NCBI GenBank assembly: GCA_009838645.1
Contig: VXRC01000045.1
Coordinates: 1,594-65,593, forward strand
DNA from: Gemmatimonadota bacterium
GTDB lineage: Bacteria; JAAXHH01
DNA length: 64,000 nt
Reading direction: 5' to 3'
Numbering within the stretch: position 1 is the first letter of the stretch; the number at the start of each line of letters is the position of its first letter. Shown here piece by piece: positions 54,762 through 63,468 of this stretch. The notes under the pieces are model-generated. The model was not told the DNA's origin and searched no databases. It saw nothing but the letters and a program-made list of their open reading frames with translations. The translations under genes were made by a program, and so were the position numbers.

Positions 54762-55565
54762 TCAGTCCCGCCGCAGGTGGCTGAACTCCGGTTTGGGACC
54801 GCCCTCTTCCCGGTCCCACTGCCACAGTTCCGTGTAGGGAGACTGGGCCTGGAAACCAAAGATGACCGGTCCGTCCTCGCCCGCCCGTTCGAGCACGTCG
54901 GGCTTCACCACGCGGGCCATCTCGTATTCGCACTTGGTCCAGCGGCGCCGCCAGGGGCTGAGCACCGCGTAACGCGGCTCGTCCGTCTGGTTCTTCGTCG
55001 TGCCGTGCCAGGTGTTCACGTCGAAAAGCACCAGCGATCCTTCCGGGGCCACGGCGGTCCGGGCATTGTCGTAGGCCGAGTCGGGCACGTCCAGGTACTC
55101 GTAGCGGTGGCTGCCGGGAACGAACTCGGTGGCGCCGTTGAGTTCAGTGAAGGGACTCAGGCAGAAGATCACGTTGAGCGCGATCGAATGGCTGGTGATC
55201 CGCCGGCCTTCGTCGGCTTCGGGCATGGAAGCCTCGCGGTTGTGGCCGGTAATGCCGCTGTCGGAATGCAGGCCGTGACCGCCCTCTCCGGGCATCACGA
55301 CCGACCCGTACACGGCGCTCAGGAGCGCGTCGGAACCCAGGAAGTGGCGGACCAGCCGCAACAGGTCGGGCAGCTGGTAGAACCGCTCGAAGACCCGTGC
55401 CTTGTTGAACAGCCACTCGAAACTGCCCCGTTCCTTGTCGGGGTAACGGGCCTTCAGTTCCCTGCGCGCTTCGGCGCACTCGTCCGCGGTCAACTGGTCC
55501 GTCAGGATGGTGTAGCCCTCGACCTTCAGGTCCAGCACATGGCTTTCAAATTCCGCCTCTGTCAT
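54762..55565 (-). CDS. PhyH-family dioxygenase, paralog 4
   Basis: GLHSDSG (HxD), FVPGSHRY, NTWHGTT. Confidence 0.7.
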   Translation of the reverse strand: MTEAEFESHVLDLKVEGYTILTDQLTADECAEARRELKARYPDKERGSFEWLFNKARVFERFYQLPDLLRLVRHFLGSDALLSAVYGSVVMPGEGGHGLHSDSGITGHNREASMPEADEGRRITSHSIALNVIFCLSPFTELNGATEFVPGSHRYEYLDVPDSAYDNARTAVAPEGSLVLFDVNTWHGTTKNQTDEPRYAVLSPWRRRWTKCEYEMARVVKPDVLERAGEDGPVIFGFQAQSPYTELWQWDREEGGPKPEFSHLRRD

Positions 55566-55599
55566 GCCATGGTCCCTCTTACCTTGTAAATGTCAGAGT

Positions 55600-56415
55600 C
55601 TAACGTCCTGCCAGATCGTCGCCCAGGTCGGTCGCGTCCACCTTGCCCTTCTCCAGGCTCACGCCGACAACGAATAGTTCGAGGTCTTCGCCGGTATGGT
55701 TGTAGATGCCGTGGGCTCCGCCCATGCGATTCGGGATAGCGTCCCCGCGGACGACCTCCTCCGTCTCGTCATTCACCGTCATCCGGCCCCGGCCGTTCAT
55801 TATCATATAGGCCTCATCGACGATCTCGTGCCGGTGGTAACCTACGGAAGTGCCTGGCGGCAGCAGTATGTGGCAGAGATACTCGAAATTCGTCTGGAAA
55901 TCCCGGCTGCCCCATACCTCCCGAAAAAACACTTCGCCCTTGCCGCCGTGGTGCCGTCGAGGTTTCAGCAGGGCGCGGTCGAAACACCCCACGGGCAGGC
56001 GATCCGTGGATTCCAGCTCGACCCCGATGCGCGGGTCGTCGAAATCCTCGTGCTTCGGTTTGCGGACCGTATCCACGCAGTGAAAATTGAAGAACCAGGT
56101 ATCCCGGTCCGTGTGGTTGTAGATGCCGTGGGACTCGCCCGAGCGCAGGGGCACCGCGGCGCCGCCGACGACTTCGGCCGTGCGGCCGTTGTGGGTGAAT
56201 TGCGCGGCGTTGTCGATGGTAACGAAAATTTCTTCCGCGTAGGTGTGGCTGTGCTGACCTATGCCGCTGCCAGGCGGGAAAATCACCGAGTGGATGAACG
56301 TCCACGGCGATTCGAAGTCACGTTCGCTGAAGCCGGGGTTGAAGTAGCTTGCCGCGGCGCCGCCGTGGCTAACGCCCAGGTGCATCTCTTCACGCCTGGT
56401 ATGGGTAATCCGCAT
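55600..56415 (-). CDS. Bicupin protein
   Basis: Two cupin-2-like repeats: ...HSHTYAEEIFVTIDNAAQF...GESHGIYN and ...YHRHEIVDEAYMIMNGRGRM...GGAHGIYN. Confidence 0.55.
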   Translation of the reverse strand: MRITHTRREEMHLGVSHGGAAASYFNPGFSERDFESPWTFIHSVIFPPGSGIGQHSHTYAEEIFVTIDNAAQFTHNGRTAEVVGGAAVPLRSGESHGIYNHTDRDTWFFNFHCVDTVRKPKHEDFDDPRIGVELESTDRLPVGCFDRALLKPRRHHGGKGEVFFREVWGSRDFQTNFEYLCHILLPPGTSVGYHRHEIVDEAYMIMNGRGRMTVNDETEEVVRGDAIPNRMGGAHGIYNHTGEDLELFVVGVSLEKGKVDATDLGDDLAGR

Positions 56416-56506
56416 GCTGGCCGCTCCGGACTCCCGGCGATATCCTCATCCGGGGGTGTGAGCCTGCAGGAACTTCAAGGGGCATCAACCTCAAAGGGCA
56501 TCAACC

Positions 56507-57310
56507 TCAAAGGACCACTTCCTCGACAGGCTGCGTGCCGGTCTCGTAGGCGGGCCGCCACCGGTCGTGGGCCATGGACTCTTCCTCGCTCAGCCCGCAC
56601 AGCCAGTTCCAGGTGTGGATGCGGCGCCTCAGGTCCCGGTAGGATTCCACCCCGCTCGTGTAAGGCGCGGCCGGGCGATCCCGGTACGCGGGGATTTCTT
56701 CCGAATCGATCAGCCAGTCGCGCCGTCGCGGTTCCGAATTGCGGAAGTAGGAGAACTTGATCATGCTGCGGGGCTTGTGATTGAGTTTGGGACCGGCCCG
56801 GTGCCAGATGCCGTACCGGGTAATGGCCACGGTGCCGGCCTTCACGACGAGCGAAAGTTGCCCCATAAGATCGCCATAGTGGGCCAATGCGTCGCGATTG
56901 ACCGCCCGGCAGTGGGAGCCGGGCAGGATCATGGTCGGCCCGTCCTCGATATTCACGTCCTGCGGATAGTAGTAGCACTGGAGTTCGTTGATCTCGTAGC
57001 CGAGTCCTGATATGCCGTCCGAATGCCAGTCCTGTCCCGAGACCGGCTGGTCTATGAGATGGTGATGTCCCCCCGTCGGCATAAGGAAGTTGGGACCAAG
57101 GAGCGAACGAATTACGCCCGCCAACCGGGGATGGAGCAGCACTTCGCGGATGAAATCGGGTGAACCGACCGTTTCCTTCGCGGGGCCTTGTTGCAAGTTG
57201 CGGCACCGCTCGTTGTAATCGGGATCCACCATCTCGTCGAGCACGACATAGCCCTTTGCCACGAAATCCATCACGTCGTCATCGGTCATCGTCGGTTTGA
57301 TCTCCGCCAT
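56507..57310 (-). CDS. PhyH-family dioxygenase, paralog 5
   Basis: GAGGAGG sits 7 nt upstream. DWHSDGIS (HxD), ILPGSHCR, IWHRAGPK. Confidence 0.7.
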   Translation of the reverse strand: MAEIKPTMTDDDVMDFVAKGYVVLDEMVDPDYNERCRNLQQGPAKETVGSPDFIREVLLHPRLAGVIRSLLGPNFLMPTGGHHHLIDQPVSGQDWHSDGISGLGYEINELQCYYYPQDVNIEDGPTMILPGSHCRAVNRDALAHYGDLMGQLSLVVKAGTVAITRYGIWHRAGPKLNHKPRSMIKFSYFRNSEPRRRDWLIDSEEIPAYRDRPAAPYTSGVESYRDLRRRIHTWNWLCGLSEEESMAHDRWRPAYETGTQPVEEVVL

Positions 57311-57322
57311 CGGTAAGCCTCC

Positions 57323-57685
57323 TCAGTTCCACTTCTCGAGTATGAAATCGAAACCTACGTAGTCGTTTTCGAGGTCCTTGTATTCGTAGAGCTTATTGAT
57401 GGGGTACTGCACCACGCGCCATCCGTCGGCGACCGCTTCCAGGACGGATTCGTATGGCGGCTCGTCGCCCGGCAACTTGAGCTCGGGCCCCTCGCCCGGG
57501 ACGAATACCGCCCAGCCGACGATCCCGGACCGCATGTTGATCGACCGGGCCGTCAGGTACATGATCCTGAGCGGCCGCTGGTTTTCTATCAGCCCTTCAA
57601 GTTGTTCCAGGTCCCCGTAATCCAGCCCCTTCTCTTCCAATTTCTTACGACTTTCGGCAATCCATTGCCTGATTTCCGATTGCAT
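57323..57685 (-). CDS. Small hypothetical protein (first gene of the minus-strand cluster)
   Basis: 120-aa ORF ending 12 nt before the PhyH-5 start. Moderate GC. No family recognised. Confidence 0.4.
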   Translation of the reverse strand: MQSEIRQWIAESRKKLEEKGLDYGDLEQLEGLIENQRPLRIMYLTARSINMRSGIVGWAVFVPGEGPELKLPGDEPPYESVLEAVADGWRVVQYPINKLYEYKDLENDYVGFDFILEKWN

Positions 57686-57907
57686 GTCATATGCCTTTAT
57701 GTATCAGCGTGATGTCCGATATCTACAAGTGTATATGTAAGGGGAATCCGGTGTGGCTGTCCCGGATTGTAAAGGCGAAACAGGCACCATGTCAAGCATG
57801 ATTGAAGATTCCCGTCACCGGCATCCGCAATCCGCGACGGGCTTGACAGCAACACCCCGACCCCGTAAGTTCCCAAGAATCTGAAAACCGTTTTCCAGGA
57901 TAGCCAA

Positions 57908-58657
57908 ATGTCCACTTCACAGCCCCTGAACGCCCAGCAGATCGCCTACTTCAAGCTGAACGGCTACCTGGTGCTGAAGAACGTCTTCGACGAGCAGACC
58001 CTGGAGGCATGGCGGCGGCAGATCTGGCGGGCGCTCGATGGCTGCCTGGAGGACCCCGCGACCTGGCCCCGGGAGACAAGCGGTCTCGACGGATACGAAT
58101 ACGATCCGCCCGAGTCGGCCCTCGTGCACCATCCCTGCATGATGTCGATCATCGACCAGCTCAGCGGGGGACACTTCGTCGCGGGCGATGGCATACCGAT
58201 CATACGCTGGCCCGAACCGGAGCGGACGTTCGAAATCCCCAAAACAGGCCATATCGACGCCTACGGCGGTCGCTGGCTGCCCTTCATGATCGGCGCGACG
58301 ACTTATCTATACGACGTGGAACCCGGCGGCGGCGCCCTCATCTACTGGCCGGGAAGCCACCACGCCGCCCACAGGTACTTCCTGGAGCATCCCTCGCATG
58401 TGGACGGGAGTTTCCTGGAGATCGAGGGATTCTCCTGGGATGTGTTCTGCGACAACCCGGCCACCGGCGGCCGGGAATTCACCGCGAAGGCCGGCGACGT
58501 GGTGCTCTGGCACTCCTACCTGACGCACAATGGATCGGAGAACACCAGCCATTCGCCGCGTTTCGCCCTGTTCGCCCGCTGGAACCACGAGAAACACCTG
58601 GACCAGGCCTTCCGGTACGAGATTCCCGAAGACCTGTGGAAGTACTGGGCGGTGTGA
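57908..58657 (+). CDS. PhyH-family dioxygenase, paralog 6
   Basis: N-terminal QQIAYFKLNGYLVLKNVF, HIDAYGG, YWPGSHHA, LTHNGSEN. Confidence 0.7.
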   Translation: MSTSQPLNAQQIAYFKLNGYLVLKNVFDEQTLEAWRRQIWRALDGCLEDPATWPRETSGLDGYEYDPPESALVHHPCMMSIIDQLSGGHFVAGDGIPIIRWPEPERTFEIPKTGHIDAYGGRWLPFMIGATTYLYDVEPGGGALIYWPGSHHAAHRYFLEHPSHVDGSFLEIEGFSWDVFCDNPATGGREFTAKAGDVVLWHSYLTHNGSENTSHSPRFALFARWNHEKHLDQAFRYEIPEDLWKYWAV

Positions 58658-58713
58658 GCCGGCGACAAACGTGGTGTTGCAGTTAGCCAGTAACTAAAAA
58701 GCGGATATTGCAA

Positions 58714-60072
58714 ATGGATCTACGCAAACTAATCTTGGAAGACGTGAGATGTTTCGGCGGACGTCAAGAATTCGACATCCGGCCAATTACGTTTTTAGTT
58801 GGTGAGAATAGCACTGGTAAGTCCACTGCGCTTGGCTGTTTTCAAATTATCCATGATTTCATTTTTAGTAATGAAATTGGATTGAATTTCAACGTGGAAC
58901 CATATTCGATGGGTTCGTTTACGGACATCGTTAGGAGGTCTAGACCCGGTAAGACTCATTTTCGGATCGGCGTCGGATTTCAATCAGAATCATCACAAAG
59001 CGATCTGGAGTACATGCTGGTACTTTCAGCTAAAAACCGTGGATCCGAGCCAACCATACAAGAGCAGAACGTCCGTATGTCGAAAGGTGAGGTTACGTTT
59101 ATCGAAAGATCAGCTGGAGATGGTGTAGATGGCATGCAATCAGAGTACTTAAAAGGATTTGAAATAACTGATCCTCCATCTAAGGAAGGTTTTCAGAAAA
59201 CTACTGTTGTATCTGGAAGGTACCACTTGGACAAAACAGTCTTGGATTTACTGTTACCGATCAATAGATACCGACATTTGACGGCCAAGTGGCGTCCAGA
59301 GTCCATGCACGTCTTGGTTAATCTCGGCGAAAAACCTCCCGGACCCTTCGGCGGAGATTGGAATAAGTTGTTTGGGAAAGATCACTTGCTTCCATCTGAA
59401 GCATATAGTTTTGCTCCGATAAGAACTAATCCATTACGTACCTACGATCCATTAAGGGAAGATATGGATCCTGCCGGCAGCGACATCCCCATGGTTATCA
59501 GGAACATGTTTATAACCGAAAGAGACAGATGGGAAAAACTCAAAGGAAACCTTGTCGCATTCGGCAAATCATCAGGATTGTTTTCTGATGTCAATGTGAG
59601 AGTACTTGGCAATTCCTCAGGTGACCCGTTTCAAATACAGATTAAGGTAAATGGCCCCAAAGTGAATATGAAAGATGTAGGACATGGAGTGAGCCAGATT
59701 CTTCCAATACTTGTACGTATACTCGACAGTCCTCGGAACATGGTTTTCCTGATGCAGCAACCTGAGGTCCATCTGCATCCTAAGGCACAGTCAGAGTTGT
59801 CGTCTATTCTCGTTGAAGCAGTAAAGCAAAAGAAACATAGATTCGTCATAGAAACACATAGCGATCACCTGGTAAATCGGGCGCGAATCGAAATCATGAA
59901 AGGAACAATCGATCCACAGGATGTTTCGCTGATATACCTTGAACCTGTTGGTAACCGGGTCAGTGTCCATAACATTCAGTTTGATAAACTGGCGAATCTG
60001 TTGAATGTTCCTCAAGGATATAGGGATTTTTTCATCGATGAATCGGATAAGCTACTCGGTTTATCCAAGTGA
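58714..60072 (+). CDS. AAA_21/OLD-like family ATPase (abortive-infection-type ABC-like ATPase)
   Basis: Walker A FLVGENSTGKST. Walker B/D-loop MVFLMQQPEVHLHP. H-loop IETHSDH. Lies in low-GC islet 2. An alternative TTG start is at 58708. Confidence 0.75.
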   Translation: MDLRKLILEDVRCFGGRQEFDIRPITFLVGENSTGKSTALGCFQIIHDFIFSNEIGLNFNVEPYSMGSFTDIVRRSRPGKTHFRIGVGFQSESSQSDLEYMLVLSAKNRGSEPTIQEQNVRMSKGEVTFIERSAGDGVDGMQSEYLKGFEITDPPSKEGFQKTTVVSGRYHLDKTVLDLLLPINRYRHLTAKWRPESMHVLVNLGEKPPGPFGGDWNKLFGKDHLLPSEAYSFAPIRTNPLRTYDPLREDMDPAGSDIPMVIRNMFITERDRWEKLKGNLVAFGKSSGLFSDVNVRVLGNSSGDPFQIQIKVNGPKVNMKDVGHGVSQILPILVRILDSPRNMVFLMQQPEVHLHPKAQSELSSILVEAVKQKKHRFVIETHSDHLVNRARIEIMKGTIDPQDVSLIYLEPVGNRVSVHNIQFDKLANLLNVPQGYRDFFIDESDKLLGLSK

Positions 60073-60082
60073 AAGTGGAGAC

Positions 60083-60496
60083 ATGTGTCTTATCTTGGAT
60101 GCAAATAAGTTTAGTGATTACTTGAACCCCGAAGATGAAAACATGGAACCAGTTAGAAGGTGGATGAAATCCAAAGGTAAATTGGTTTACTCTCCAACAG
60201 AGAAACTAAAGCAGGAGTTAGACAGGCATAAAAAGATGAGACTGCAGATTGACGAATACCGCAAAAACGGTAGTCTTAAACAATATCCTGCACAAGAAGT
60301 TGAAAGGGTTAAAGACAGGTTACCCTCATTACAGTCAGATGATCCTGATATTATCGCTTTAGCACAAGTAGCAGAAGTTGGCCTGTTGGTTTCAGGTGAT
60401 ACTGACTTGCATGCGGATTTCAAAGCAGTAATTGGAGGGAGTGTGTATCAGACGAGAAAACACAGCCGCTTGTTGAGAAGAGATACCTGTCCTTGA
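60083..60496 (+). CDS. Small PIN/TOPRIM-like putative nuclease partner of the ATPase
   Basis: MCLILDANKF (N-terminal Asp), SPTEKL, DPDIIALAQVAEVGLLVSGDTDLHADF (C-terminal acidic motif). Begins 10 nt after the ATPase stop. An alternative in-frame start at 60038 would overlap the ATPase. Confidence 0.4.
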   Translation: MCLILDANKFSDYLNPEDENMEPVRRWMKSKGKLVYSPTEKLKQELDRHKKMRLQIDEYRKNGSLKQYPAQEVERVKDRLPSLQSDDPDIIALAQVAEVGLLVSGDTDLHADFKAVIGGSVYQTRKHSRLLRRDTCP

Positions 60497-60545
60497 TCCC
60501 CATTGCTGCCACCACTTCTATTTCATCAAAACACTCACTTCCCCC

Positions 60546-61373
60546 ATGACCTCCGCCCCCCGCTACCTCACCCAGGATCAACTGGCTCAGTTCTGGTCCG
60601 AAGGCTACCTCGTCCTGAAGGGCACGCTGGATGATGAGGTCGTCAATAACGCCCGTGGCTTTCTGCTGGACCTGATCCCGCGCGACCTGGTCATTCCGGA
60701 CCACTATCACGCGAACCACGCTCGGTTCAAGCCCCATAATCCGGACGGAAACGGCAGTTTTTTCGAGCCTGCCATGCTGCCCCTGCTGCAGAACGAGGGG
60801 CTGTATGGCGCAGCCGTAGATATCCTGGAGACCGAATACATCCAGGTCTGGGACGGCTCTGCGGGGATCACCCTGAGAAACCGTGCCATGGAGGGGCGGC
60901 TCCAGAACCTCCACCTGGACGCCGTACCCAAGGGTCCGGAGGAGTTGAACGAGGGCTTCTTGCGTACGGGAATCGGCATCGGCGGATGCTATTACCTCAA
61001 CAATGTGGAAGACAACGGCGGCGGCATCCACGTGGTGCCCGGCGCGCCGAACCGCGTTCGGGAGATCATGCTGGACGAGCCGGACGGGCTCAAGCGCAAC
61101 GACGGCTGGGGCAAAATCGTCGATTTCAGGTCGTCCATGGAGGTCACGGGGGACGCCGGCGATTACGTGCTCATGCACCACCTGATGCCCCACTCGGCGA
61201 GCGCCAATCACAATGCCTCGCCGAGAATCGCCCAGTTCACCCGTCTTCAACCCCTGTCGGAAGAAGAGGCCCGGCAGGCACCCGGCCCTGATCGGCCGTT
61301 GAGTGCGGACGCCCTGGCCACGCTGACTCCGCTGGGGCGCAAAATGTTCCGGCTGGATCCCTGGATCGGGTAA
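60546..61373 (+). CDS. PhyH-family dioxygenase, paralog 7
   Basis: QLAQFWSEGYLVLKG, NLHLDAVP (HxD), HVVPGAPN (variant of PGSH), LMPHSAS. Confidence 0.65.
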   Translation: MTSAPRYLTQDQLAQFWSEGYLVLKGTLDDEVVNNARGFLLDLIPRDLVIPDHYHANHARFKPHNPDGNGSFFEPAMLPLLQNEGLYGAAVDILETEYIQVWDGSAGITLRNRAMEGRLQNLHLDAVPKGPEELNEGFLRTGIGIGGCYYLNNVEDNGGGIHVVPGAPNRVREIMLDEPDGLKRNDGWGKIVDFRSSMEVTGDAGDYVLMHHLMPHSASANHNASPRIAQFTRLQPLSEEEARQAPGPDRPLSADALATLTPLGRKMFRLDPWIG

Positions 61374-61379
61374 CCTCAA

Positions 61380-63362
61380 GTGCCGCAACGGGATCGGATG
61401 AACGCCATGTCCTCTGAACCACCCCGGTCAAGGGGCACTGCGGCCATTACCCTGCGGGCCGGGGTCATCGGTCTCGCGCTCTCAGCCGTGGTCGCCTTCT
61501 GGGGACAGTTCTCCGCCGATCACGCCGGATACAACTATTCCACCTACGCCCATCTCCCCGCGGCGCTGCTGATCCCCTTCCTGATCCTGATCCTGGGTCC
61601 CCACGTCCTGCTCAAGCGACTGTCACCCCGGTACGCCCTGACGACGTCCGAACTGATCGTGGTCTTTGCCATGGGCATGATCGGTTCGATGGTGCCCGAC
61701 TGGGGCATGACGAGGTACCTGGTCTCCCTCATCACCGGGCCCTTCTACCATTCGAGCCCCGAGAACCGCTGGGCGGAAACGTTCTTCGACACGCTGCCCG
61801 CGTGGCTCGTGATCAGTGACAAGACCGACGCGGTCAGGGTTTTCTACGAAGGCGCCGCGCCGGGTTACCGGATCCCCTGGATGGCCTGGATCTCGCCCCT
61901 GCTGTGGTGGATGTCGTGTTTCGGCGCCCTGATGTGGACTGGCGCATGCATCGTGGTCATCCTGAGGAAGCAGTGGGTGAGCCACGAACGGCTGCGCTTT
62001 CCCCTGGGGGAGGTGGCGCTCAACCTGATGGGCGTGGGGAAGGACCGGGACGAACCGCCCATGGTCCGCACGACCGCCTTCCGGATCGGCGCCGGCCTGT
62101 CGCTGGCCGTCGTGTGCTGGAACATCGCATCCTACTGGGACATCGTTACGCCCGTCCCAATCATGGGCCCGGACCTGCTGCAAGTAAAGGTCCATCCGTC
62201 GATCCCGGATCTTCCCATCCGGCTGAACGTCTTCGTGCTCTGCTTCGCCTTCTTCATCAATGCCGAGATCCTCCTCAGCCTGTGTTTCTTCCTGCTGTTC
62301 ACCACGCTGCAGCGGGGCGTGCTGAATATGCTCGGGGTCACGGCGGCGACGACCATGTCGCCGACCGGCCTCGTGGGCACCCAGTCCATCGGCGCTCTGA
62401 TCGCCCTGGTGGCGTGGGGACTGTGGATGGCGCGCCGGCACCTGGCCGCCGTGGCCCGGCGGGCGTTCCGCAGGGATCCGTCGGTGGATGACAGCGGGGA
62501 GTTCTTCTCGTACCGGCTGGCGGTCTTCGGCCTGGTCTTCGGCCTGCTCTACCTGCTGGCCTGGCTGTACAGCATCGGCATGTCCCTGCCGGTCAGCCTG
62601 ATCCTCCTGGCGGTCCTCTTCACCATCTATCTCGGCATGGCCCGGATCGTCGCGGAGGCGGGACTTGTCGCCATGGACCTGCCGGTGAACGCCAACAACT
62701 TCACCGCGGGCATCATCGGCGCCGACAACCTGGACCCCTCCACGATCACCGCCCTGGGCATGACGAACGCCTTCGCCCGGAACTGGCGGACCTTCACCAT
62801 GATCGGGCTGTCCCACGCCGCCTACCTGCAGCGCTGGATGGCGCCGGCCACCCGGCATCTCTTCCTCTGGATATGCCTGGCCTTCGGCGTCAGCGTGGTG
62901 ACTTCCCTCTACTATTACATCAGCGCGGGATACGCCGTCGGCGCCGACAATCTCCTTTCCAAGCCGGGCGACCTCGTGCCCTTTTTCTACAACACGATCA
63001 TGACGTGGAACAGCAGCGTAAGCAGCGTATCGGACCTGGAACTGATCTTCTTCGGGAACGGCATCGTCCTGTACATGTTGATGATCCTCGGACGATTCCT
63101 GTTCCTCTGGTGGCCGCTCCATCCCATTGGCCTGGTCGCCGTGGCCGCGGACACTGTGCGATTCATGTTCCTGCCGTTCTTCCTGGCCTGGCTCATCCAG
63201 GTGATCCTGCTGCGTATGGGTGGAGGGGCGCTTTACCGAAGGGCGCAGCCGCTCTTTCTCGGCATCCTGGTGGGGTATGTCCTCGGCATGGCCCTCTCTT
63301 TCCTCGTGGACAGCCTGTGGTTTCCGGCGGCGCCGCACCAGTTCGAGTCGTTCATCAATTAA
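61380..63362 (+). CDS. Large polytopic membrane protein (about 14 TM), unknown function
   Basis: 660 aa, very hydrophobic, no soluble domains. GTG/ATG start ambiguous (61380, 61398 or 61407). Adjacent to a sulfatase. Confidence 0.5.
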   Translation: MPQRDRMNAMSSEPPRSRGTAAITLRAGVIGLALSAVVAFWGQFSADHAGYNYSTYAHLPAALLIPFLILILGPHVLLKRLSPRYALTTSELIVVFAMGMIGSMVPDWGMTRYLVSLITGPFYHSSPENRWAETFFDTLPAWLVISDKTDAVRVFYEGAAPGYRIPWMAWISPLLWWMSCFGALMWTGACIVVILRKQWVSHERLRFPLGEVALNLMGVGKDRDEPPMVRTTAFRIGAGLSLAVVCWNIASYWDIVTPVPIMGPDLLQVKVHPSIPDLPIRLNVFVLCFAFFINAEILLSLCFFLLFTTLQRGVLNMLGVTAATTMSPTGLVGTQSIGALIALVAWGLWMARRHLAAVARRAFRRDPSVDDSGEFFSYRLAVFGLVFGLLYLLAWLYSIGMSLPVSLILLAVLFTIYLGMARIVAEAGLVAMDLPVNANNFTAGIIGADNLDPSTITALGMTNAFARNWRTFTMIGLSHAAYLQRWMAPATRHLFLWICLAFGVSVVTSLYYYISAGYAVGADNLLSKPGDLVPFFYNTIMTWNSSVSSVSDLELIFFGNGIVLYMLMILGRFLFLWWPLHPIGLVAVAADTVRFMFLPFFLAWLIQVILLRMGGGALYRRAQPLFLGILVGYVLGMALSFLVDSLWFPAAPHQFESFIN

Positions 63363-63468
63363 GCTGATTCCCGGGGAACCGCACTGATCGTCACCGGCGC
63401 GAGCCGGATCCGCCGAATCGGAATCCCGATGGAAACAGGGACACCCTGAAACCGACGAGGACGCAAAC

